DNA of 64,000 nucleotides, taken from IMG/VR virus record IMGVR_UViG_3300027917_000034, positions 1 to 64,000 of that record; one strand, written 5' to 3'. Shown here piece by piece: positions 1 through 5,459 of this stretch (positions are counted from its first letter, which is position 1; each line of letters opens with the position of its first letter). Position numbers and translations under genes: made by a program. The notes under the pieces were generated by a model. The model searched no databases and was not told where the DNA came from. It saw only the letters and a list, made by a program, of their open reading frames with translations. This stretch comes from a virus.

Positions 1-85
1 CTTGGAACAGCATCGTGACGGCCCTCTGCCAGGACACGATCCTGTGAGGCTGGTAGCCGAGGTCCAGAACCAGTGTCCTAGACAT
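1..85 (-). CDS. HNH endonuclease (McrA-like), N-terminal fragment; runs off the window edge
   Basis: ATG at 85 follows a GAAAGGAGG RBS. Translation MSRTLVLDLGYQPHRIVSWQRAVTMLFQ matches the typical 'vLvLn.sYeP..vv.w.rAv.ll' N-terminus of this HNH family. Confidence 0.7.
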   Translation of the reverse strand, partial: MSRTLVLDLGYQPHRIVSWQRAVTMLFQ

Positions 86-120
86 GACCGCCTCCTTTCG
101 TGGTCAGAAAACTCTACCAG

Positions 121-203
121 TGCGAGCGAGAGGAGTCGAACCTCCACGCCCTCTCGGGCACCTGGGTTTGAGCCAGGCGTGTCTGCCGTTTCACCACGCT
201 CGC
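121..203 (-). tRNA. tRNA-Leu(CAA)
   Basis: Cloverleaf with long variable arm; anticodon arm CCTGG-CT CAA AC-CCAGG. Confidence 0.93.
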
Positions 204-204
204 G

Positions 205-284
205 TACCCGCTGCGGGACTCGAACCCGCACGCACGAGGCGCCGGGGTTTAGGCCCGGTGTGTCTGCCGTTCCACCAAGCGGGC
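205..284 (-). tRNA. tRNA-Leu(TAA), with C33
   Basis: Cloverleaf with long variable arm; CCGGG-CC TAA AC-CCCGG. Confidence 0.88.
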
Positions 285-288
285 TCGG

Positions 289-373
289 TGCTACGGAGAG
301 GAGTCGAACCTCCACGGGGACTATGCCCCACCAGCCCCTCAAGCTGGCGTGTCTACCATTTCACCACCGTAGC
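289..373 (-). tRNA. tRNA-Leu(GAG)
   Basis: CCAGC-TT GAG GG-GCTGG; long variable arm. Confidence 0.93.
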
Positions 374-377
374 GTAG

Positions 378-460
378 TGCCAGGGAGAGGAGTCGAACCT
401 CCACGACCTTTCGGCCACTCGGTTCTGAGCCGAGCGCGTCTACCATTTCACCACCCTGGC
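378..460 (-). tRNA. tRNA-Leu(CAG)
   Basis: CTCGG-CT CAG AA-CCGAG; long variable arm. Confidence 0.93.
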
Positions 461-464
461 ATAG

Positions 465-535
465 TGGGCACAGAGGGACTCGAACCCCCGACTCTTGGGT
501 GTAGGCCAAGAATGATCCCATTTCACCATGCGCCC
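465..535 (-). tRNA. tRNA-Val(TAC), with C33
   Basis: CTTGG-CC TAC AC-CCAAG; T arm GGTTCGAGTCC. Confidence 0.85.
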
Positions 536-545
536 ATGAAAACTC

Positions 546-622
546 TGGTCGGGCAGAAGGGATTTGAACCCCCGACCTCCGCGTCCCGAACGCGGCGTGC
601 TCCCAGACTGCACCACTGCCCG
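546..622 (-). tRNA. tRNA-Pro(CGG)
   Basis: CCGCG-TT CGG GA-CGCGG; C1:G72; encoded CCA. Confidence 0.93.
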
Positions 623-683
623 ATGTTGATCGGCTGGTAGGGCGTGGCCCTCTCTACCGCCGCACTTTGGACCGGCCGATCGG

Positions 684-754
684 TGGCAACGGAGGGAATC
701 GAACCCTCTTGATCGCGGATATGAGCCGCGTCCCCTAGCCCGTAGGTCGCTGCC
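684..754 (-). tRNA. tRNA with CAT anticodon (Met or Ile2), atypical D arm
   Basis: CGCGG-CT CAT AT-CCGCG; good acceptor and T arms; D arm is non-canonical. Confidence 0.72.
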
Positions 755-755
755 G

Positions 756-831
756 AGGCGGGGGCTGGATTTGAACCAGCGATCTCTTGGTTATGAGCCA
801 AGTGGGGACGACCAGGCTCCCCTACCCCGCA
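756..831 (-). tRNA. tRNA-Met(CAT), initiator-like
   Basis: TGCGGGG...CCCCGCC with a 1:72 mismatch; CTTGG-CT CAT AA-CCAAG; overall fMet-like body. Confidence 0.85.
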
Positions 832-905
832 GGCGCGCTCGCCGGGACTCGAACCCGGATTCCTGGCTTCGGAGGCCAGTGCCCTATCCTTTGGACGACG
901 AGCGC
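832..905 (-). tRNA. tRNA-Arg(CCG)
   Basis: CTGGC-CT CCG AA-GCCAG. Confidence 0.92.
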
Positions 906-1111
906 TTGATCTGATCGGCCAACGCATCCGCCTCTCTCGCGGCCTTGCGGTAGTGCTCTACGCCACGGCGTAGACACTCCTCGCAGTTGACCTCTGCCAA
1001 GCGTTTCAGCCCGGCCAACTCGACTCCTTTCCGTGTGTAGATCTCGTGACCCTCCACCCCGCAGAAAGCTCCACGGTAAGGGCTCACGAGATGAACCACT
1101 GACGGTTCCAT
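884..1111 (-). CDS. small putative Zn-binding protein inside the tRNA array
   Basis: RBS GGGAGGG before ATG 1111; VH..CG...VNCEECL motif, similar to ORF 13025-13273; the stop codon lies inside tRNA-Arg(CCG). Confidence 0.55.
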   Translation of the reverse strand: MEPSVVHLVSPYRGAFCGVEGHEIYTRKGVELAGLKRLAEVNCEECLRRGVEHYRKAAREADALADQIKRSSSKG

Positions 1112-1125
1112 GACGCCCTCCCTTC

Positions 1126-1199
1126 GGAGACCCCGGCCGGACTCGAACCGGCATTCCAAGGTTCGTAGCCTTGTGCCCTATCCTTTGGACGACGGGGCC
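1126..1199 (-). tRNA. tRNA-Arg(ACG)
   Basis: CAAGG-CT ACG AA-CCTTG. Confidence 0.92.
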
Positions 1200-1201
1200 A
1201 G

Positions 1202-1273
1202 CGCTCCCACGAGGACTCGAACCCCGATCCACGGGTTAGAAGCCCGGTGCCCTATCCGTTGGACGATGGGAGC
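1202..1273 (-). tRNA. tRNA-Arg(TCT)
   Basis: CGGG-CT TCT AA-CCCG. Confidence 0.9.
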
Positions 1274-1274
1274 G

Positions 1275-1348
1275 TGGAGGCGCAGGGCGGAGTCGAACCG
1301 CCGACTGGAGGGTTGCAACCTCCCGTCTTTCCGTTTGACCACTGCGCC
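1275..1348 (-). tRNA. tRNA-Cys(GCA)
   Basis: GGAGG-TT GCA AC-CCTCC; U73; encoded CCA. Confidence 0.93.
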
Positions 1349-1351
1349 AGA

Positions 1352-1484
1352 GGCCGACAAGGGATTGCGAGAGACGTTTACGTGCTCTGCCACTGAGCTA
1401 CCGCCTCCATAGAGGGGAGGCGGACGGGGATCGAACCCGCGACCACGCGCTTACAAGGCGATGTACTCCCACGAGCATTCGGCC
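1352..1484 (-). ncRNA. Y RNA 1 (YrlA-like; T arm, closed acceptor, D arm order)
   Basis: GGCCGAATGC...CTTGTCGGCC terminal stem with GNCGAANG motif; internal T arm GGTTCGATCCC, acceptor hairpin CCGCCTCC/GGAGGCGG, D arm TAGCTCAGTGGCAGAGC; close to the TROVE gene. Confidence 0.88.
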
Positions 1485-1558
1485 GGAGCCGGCTACGGGA
1501 CTCGAACCCGTTTCTCGGGCTTGGGAAGCCCGCGCCTCACCTGTTTGGCCTAGCCGGC
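1485..1558 (-). tRNA. tRNA-Gly(CCC)
   Basis: CGGGC-TT CCC AA-GCCCG; U73; abuts Y RNA 1. Confidence 0.9.
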
Positions 1559-1605
1559 AGTTGGGCGCCCCCGGGGGACAGGGGCGCCCGTTCGATCAAG
1601 TGGGG

Positions 1606-3234
1606 TTAGTTGGTAGCCAGGTCGATGCCGTCGATGATCTCCAGCCACGACCCGGTGTCACCAGCGAGGAAGGAGCTTGCGACCTTGAACACCGCGTCAC
1701 TCCAGCCGGACACTTGCAGGATCTCCGGGTGGTTCCCGTCGATCTGATGCGTGCGCCCGGGGGTGATGTCGATGCACACCAGCTTCGCGTCCCGGTTGCG
1801 GTTCCGCAGCGTCTCCCACTCGTGCATGAGAGCCGTTCCGCTCCCGTAGCCCCAATAGCCCCTGTCGGCCCATGACTCGTAGTCCGAGATGACCACGACG
1901 TGATCGACCTTCAGGCGCCGCTGGTTCACGTGGTTGAACGCAGCGCTCAGAGCCGTTCCACCTCCACCGAATCGGGCGAGCCGATCGGCTTCGGTCAGAA
2001 GCGGGTTCCGAGGCTCCGGACGGTAGCCGGTGTGGACCGACGTATCGACCGGGAGAACGGCTGCGTCACGGTTCTGACGCAGGTACGACGCAGAGAACAG
2101 CGCCGCGACGTCCACGCACCGGACCTTGGTGGCCACCTGCTCCATGCGACCCGTCTTCCGGTTCCGCTTGAAGCCTGTGACCGGGCTCCGCATCGACCCG
2201 GAGACGTCCACGACGATCAGCGTCCGGCCCTCTGCGACCGGGGCGTTCTCGGTGGCAATCTCCATGGCGTCGTGGAGAGCGTCCACGATCTTGCGAGGCA
2301 CGTCCGGGTGGATGTGCTTGTAGGCCGCGAGCAACTGGTACGGCATGACCCGGGCCTTCTGGATCGACTCCCGGTCCCGCAAGCGGTCCGCGATGAAGTC
2401 CTCCATGCCGGGGTCGGCCTTCAGAACCCCGTGCCGCAGAGCGGTGTTGAGGTTCATCCGGATGAAGTGCCACTGCCCGTTGCGGAAGATCTGCGCCCAC
2501 TGCTCGCCCGTGAGGGGCTCTGCCGTGAGCAACTGGAAGTCCACCGGAGGCGATGGCAGGCTCTTGTCTGCCTTCCACTCCTCGTACTGCCGGACGAGCG
2601 GCGGGAGATTCTTCCAGCCCTTCTTCCGCCGATCCTTCTCGCCCTTTCCGATCATGTACCCGAACAGCGCCTCGTGCTCCGGAGAAGCCGGGCTCGGGTG
2701 GACCATCTTCACGATGTCCGCGCCGGATGGGTCTTGACCGACCGACAGTTGACGGAACAGCCAGTTGGGCTTGTTCCTGGAGAAGAAGCCCCGGACGAGG
2801 TTCCGTGGCCCGGTGCCCAGCGACTTCCGACCGAGCTTTCCACTCCGCATCATCTGGACGAAGTTGCGGAGCATCTTCCCGTTGTCGATGACCTGCGGGA
2901 ATGCGGCCTTCAGGGCTGCGCGTCCGTTGTCACCACGAGAGGCCAGGACCGCCATGAGCAAGGCCGGCATGTCCTTCATGTAGCCTTCCTTGCGCGTGAA
3001 GATCGCCAGCTTCGCGATGAAGTCGGAGTCGCACTCCTTCGCCAGAGCGAGCACGCGGTCCAGGTGGTCCTCGGCGTTCACGTAGAACGTGTCCGAGAGG
3101 CACCCTGTCATCGCGTACCGAGCCAGGGCTTGCTTGGAGCCGAGAGCGTATGCCTTGCCCCCGGCTGCGTTCACTGCGTCTGCTGCCTTGACCGTCCGCC
3201 CACGGGACGATCCGAAAAGAGACTTGTTCGCCAT
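1606..3234 (-). CDS. rsr: TROVE-domain Ro60/Rsr RNA-binding protein with C-terminal vWA domain
   Basis: N-terminal 'N.AGG.AY......L..Y..TG.L..TFY' and 'GYMKDMPALL' segments typical of bacterial Ro60; vWA MIDAS 'VDVSGSM', 'GGGT', 'ISDYESW'; RBS GGAAGGGAGG before ATG 3234. Confidence 0.93.
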   Translation of the reverse strand: MANKSLFGSSRGRTVKAADAVNAAGGKAYALGSKQALARYAMTGCLSDTFYVNAEDHLDRVLALAKECDSDFIAKLAIFTRKEGYMKDMPALLMAVLASRGDNGRAALKAAFPQVIDNGKMLRNFVQMMRSGKLGRKSLGTGPRNLVRGFFSRNKPNWLFRQLSVGQDPSGADIVKMVHPSPASPEHEALFGYMIGKGEKDRRKKGWKNLPPLVRQYEEWKADKSLPSPPVDFQLLTAEPLTGEQWAQIFRNGQWHFIRMNLNTALRHGVLKADPGMEDFIADRLRDRESIQKARVMPYQLLAAYKHIHPDVPRKIVDALHDAMEIATENAPVAEGRTLIVVDVSGSMRSPVTGFKRNRKTGRMEQVATKVRCVDVAALFSASYLRQNRDAAVLPVDTSVHTGYRPEPRNPLLTEADRLARFGGGGTALSAAFNHVNQRRLKVDHVVVISDYESWADRGYWGYGSGTALMHEWETLRNRNRDAKLVCIDITPGRTHQIDGNHPEILQVSGWSDAVFKVASSFLAGDTGSWLEIIDGIDLATN

Positions 3235-3347
3235 GATCGACCTCCCTTCCGCCAACAGTGCGGCGCTTTCATGGCTGCCTTCCCCACCTACAGGCGTGGG
3301 GTGGCAATCTCCTATCGCTACCAGGTAGCGATTGGATAGTCAAGAGT

Positions 3348-3500
3348 GCCCTGACAAGTGAGCGCGAGAGCGTTTTTTTCAGCTTCCGGCCCATGATTCA
3401 GGCTCCGAGGAGCCGGCGGGCCGGGACAGGATTTGAACCTGCAACCTTTGATTTAGGAGATCAATGCTGTACCGATGTACTCCCACTAGGCATTCAGGGC
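3348..3500 (-). ncRNA. Y RNA 2 (tRNA domain opened in the D-loop; intact Arg-CCT-like anticodon arm)
   Basis: GCCCTGAATGC...CTTGTCAGGGC; internal GGTA-CAGC, TTGAT-CTCCTAA-ATCAA, T arm, acceptor CCGGCCC/GGGCCGG, then GCTG. Confidence 0.85.
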
Positions 3501-3573
3501 GGTGCTGGTAGGGGGAGTCGAACCCCCATCTTCAGGGTGGAAACCTGACGTCCTGCCGTTGAACGACACCAGC
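3501..3573 (-). tRNA. tRNA-Gly(TCC)
   Basis: TCAGG-TT TCC AC-CCTGA. Confidence 0.88.
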
Positions 3574-3576
3574 AAA

Positions 3577-3699
3577 GGCCGACAAGAGATGGTCGAGATA
3601 AGCGCCCCCGAAGGGCACCCGCCACAGAGCGGCCCCCGAAGGGGCCTTGGCGGCGGGCAAAGGATTTGAACCAATGTAATCCCGTCCGAGCATTCGGCC
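3577..3699 (-). ncRNA. Y RNA 3 (T loop, acceptor-like stem and UUCG hairpins)
   Basis: GGCCGAATGC..GGGATTACAT..ATCTC..CTTGTCGGCC; GGTTCAAATCC; two TTCG-capped hairpins. Confidence 0.82.
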
Positions 3700-3774
3700 G
3701 GAGCCCCGAGCGGGAATCGAACCCGCCATCTCCGCCATACCAAGGCGGCGAATCACCGTTGATTCATCCGGGGC
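3700..3774 (-). tRNA. tRNA-Thr(GGT)
   Basis: CCGCC-TT GGT AT-GGCGG. Confidence 0.85.
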
Positions 3775-3777
3775 AGA

Positions 3778-3905
3778 GGATCGACAAGGTGGGCGCGAGG
3801 CTATGCCTTTACCAAGGTTAGGCTACCTGGCCATGGAAAGCTCCGAGGAGCGGTGGCCAGGGGTGGATTTGAACCATCAAAGTAGTCCCGCAAGGCATTC
3901 GATCC
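3778..3905 (-). ncRNA. Y RNA 4 (YrlA-like)
   Basis: GGATCGAATGC...CTTGTCGATCC (compensatory stem); T arm TGGTTCAAATCCA, acceptor CCTGGCCA/TGGCCAGG, D arm TAGCCT..AGGC. Confidence 0.86.
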
Positions 3906-3907
3906 AG

Positions 3908-3978
3908 TGGAGCCGGGGGGAATCGAACCCCCATCCCCTGGGTGCAAACCAGGTGCTCTCCCGTTGAGCTACGGTCCC
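3908..3978 (-). tRNA. tRNA-Ala(TGC)
   Basis: CCTGG-TT TGC AC-CCAGG; G3:U70. Confidence 0.92.
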
Positions 3979-3981
3979 ATT

Positions 3982-4124
3982 GCGGCGACAAGGGTTGCAG
4001 AGATCGTACCTCCGGGGGTGTTCGCCCCGGCGCTCTGATTGAGCTATAGGCGCAGGACTGCACGGTGTTACCCGCCGCCCCTGCTGGAGCACCTAACGAT
4101 GTATTCCCCGCCTGCATTCGCCGC
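3982..4124 (-). ncRNA. Y RNA 5 (tRNA domain opened in the T-loop)
   Basis: GCGGCGAATGC...CTTGTCGCCGC; ATCGT-TAGGTGC-TCCA...GCGCCTA-TAGCTCAATCAGAGC-G-CCGGGG/CCCCGG-AGGT-ACGAT. Confidence 0.85.
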
Positions 4125-4127
4125 GTA

Positions 4128-4204
4128 GGAGACTGACCAGGGGTCGAACCTGGAAGCGCACGAGCCGATCGGTCTCCCGCACGCCGTCCGTCTCTTCAAT
4201 CTCC
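4128..4204 (-). ncRNA. tRNA-like RNA lacking a D stem, with an extended anticodon-position helix
   Basis: GGAGATTGA/TCAGTCTCC acceptor-like stem, T arm CCAGG-TTCGACC-CCTGG, helix GCGTGCGGG/CTCGTGCGC; no 7-nt anticodon loop. Confidence 0.6.
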
Positions 4205-4206
4205 GG

Positions 4207-4280
4207 TGGATCGTGCCGGGGTCGAACCGGCGACCTCCGCGATGCGAACGCGGCGCTCTCCCACACTGAGCTAACGACCC
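4207..4280 (-). tRNA. tRNA-Ala(CGC)
   Basis: CCGCG-TT CGC AT-CGCGG; G3:U70. Confidence 0.92.
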
Positions 4281-4284
4281 ATGA

Positions 4285-4352
4285 GGCCGACAAGGAACGG
4301 TGAGACGACGGTTTTTCTCCAACGAAAATGTAGTCCCTCCAAGCATTCGGCC
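4285..4352 (-). ncRNA. Y RNA 6 (minimal, Ro-binding module only)
   Basis: GGCCGAATGC TTGGA GGGACTACAT...GTCTC...CTTGTCGGCC; 68 nt, no tRNA arms. Confidence 0.8.
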
Positions 4353-4354
4353 GG

Positions 4355-4427
4355 TGGAGTCGGAGGGGCTTGAACCCTCGGCCTTCGGTCTGCCAGACCG
4401 ACGCTCTCCCAACTGAGCTACGACCCC
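4355..4427 (-). tRNA. tRNA-Ala(GGC)
   Basis: TCGGT-CT GGC AG-ACCGA; G3:U70. Confidence 0.92.
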
Positions 4428-4495
4428 ATCCACAACCCGTCAGGGGGGCTGCGGCGTATGAGAATGCGACCGGGACAGAACCCTTGTCGTCGCGG

Positions 4496-4567
4496 TGGGC
4501 GTGGAGGGATTTGAACCCCCGATCTTCTGCGCGTCGAGCAGACGTCTTTCCACTTGACCACACGCCC
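4496..4567 (-). tRNA. tRNA-Val(GAC), with C33
   Basis: TCTGC-TC GAC GC-GCAGA. Confidence 0.85.
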
Positions 4568-4569
4568 TC

Positions 4570-4644
4570 TGGTACCCCGCCCCGGACTCGAACCGGGATT
4601 CGCCGGCTTATAAGGCCGGTGCAGTACCCTTGTGCTAGCGGGGC
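4570..4644 (-). tRNA. tRNA-Ile(TAT)
   Basis: CCGGC-CT TAT AA-GCCGG; encoded CCA. Confidence 0.87.
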
Positions 4645-4692
4645 TCCGAGTTTTCGGAGCCCGGTATTCGCCTCATCATTGGAACCCCCTTC

Positions 4693-4767
4693 TGGTGCCC
4701 AGGGACGGAATCGAACCGTCGTTCTCGCACTTATCAGGCGCGCGTCTTGCCACTCGACCACCCGGGC
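4693..4767 (-). tRNA. tRNA-Ile(GAT)
   Basis: CGCGC-CT GAT AA-GTGCG; encoded CCA. Confidence 0.92.
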
Positions 4768-4768
4768 A

Positions 4769-4844
4769 TGGAGCCCCCGGCCGGACTCGAACCGGCATCC
4801 TCTCGGGTAGGAGCCGAGCGCACGTCCTGTCGTGCTACGGGGGC
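4769..4844 (-). tRNA. tRNA-Arg(CCT)
   Basis: CTCGG-CT CCT AC-CCGAG; encoded CCA. Confidence 0.9.
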
Positions 4845-4845
4845 A

Positions 4846-4923
4846 TGGGGTGATCGATGGGACTCGAACCCACTAGGGCCGGGATCACAACCCGGTGCCG
4901 CGACCACTTTGGCTTCGACCACC
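4846..4923 (-). tRNA. tRNA-His(GTG)
   Basis: CCGGG-TT GTG AT-CCCGG; G-1:C73; encoded CCA. Confidence 0.92.
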
Positions 4924-4927
4924 ATGA

Positions 4928-5056
4928 GAGCCGACAAGGAACCGATGAGATCGTGAGTCATTCTATGGGCAGGACTCGAACCTGCTTCTCCGGGATTGCC
5001 CGGCGCTTTTCCTCATAAGCTACCTCAGAGATGTAATCCCGCCGTGCATTCGGCTC
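4928..5056 (-). ncRNA. Y RNA 7 (unpermuted cloverleaf attached through the acceptor stem; 4-nt loop in place of the anticodon)
   Basis: GAGCCGAATGC...CTTGTCGGCTC; D arm TAGCTT..AAGC, CCGGG-CAAT-CCCGG, T arm GCAGGTTCGAGTCCTGC. Confidence 0.85.
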
Positions 5057-5130
5057 GGTACCAGCGCCGGGACTTGAACCCGATCCTCTCGGTCCACAGC
5101 CGAGCGCGCCACCCGTTGCGCCTCGCTGGC
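5057..5130 (-). tRNA. tRNA with GTG anticodon lacking His identity elements
   Basis: CTCGG-CT GTG GA-CCGAG; A73 and no G-1. Confidence 0.75.
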
Positions 5131-5131
5131 A

Positions 5132-5217
5132 TGGTCCCCCGAGAAGGAATCGAACCTCCCTGGCCATACGACGACGGGGTTACAGCCCGCCCACCATCCA
5201 TAGGTGTCTATCGGGGG
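5132..5217 (-). tRNA. tRNA-Tyr(GTA) with C1:G72
   Basis: GCGGG-CT GTA AC-CCCGT; long variable region; acceptor CCCCCGA/TCGGGGG-A-CCA. Confidence 0.85.
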
Positions 5218-5226
5218 AAAACTCAG

Positions 5227-5300
5227 TCCGCGTGGAGGGATTTGAACCCCCGTCTTCCGGCTCCCAAAGCCGGCGCCCGACCAGGCTGGGCCACACGCGG
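5227..5300 (-). tRNA. tRNA-Pro(TGG)
   Basis: CCGGC-TT TGG GA-GCCGG. Confidence 0.92.
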
Positions 5301-5301
5301 A

Positions 5302-5376
5302 TGGTGGAGAGCCCCGGAATCGAACCGAGATTCGCGGATTTTCAGTCCGCTGCTCTACCGATTGAGCTAACTCTCC
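5302..5376 (-). tRNA. tRNA-Phe(GAA)
   Basis: GCGGA-CT GAA AA-TCCGC; encoded CCA. Confidence 0.94.
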
Positions 5377-5377
5377 A

Positions 5378-5455
5378 TGGCGGGGATGACGGGATTTGAA
5401 CCCGCGATCTTCTGCGTGACAGGCAGATGTCCTACCCAGGCTAGACCACATCCCC
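5378..5455 (-). tRNA. tRNA-Asp(GTC)
   Basis: TCTGC-CT GTC AC-GCAGA; G73; encoded CCA. Confidence 0.94.
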
Positions 5456-5459
5456 AAAA

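Noticed and set aside
1900-3339. 479-aa + strand ORF and other long antisense ORFs (e.g. 26419-28176, 48989-50626, 17037-18260)
   Set aside because: Shadow frames of high-GC genes; the opposite strand has recognisable protein motifs.
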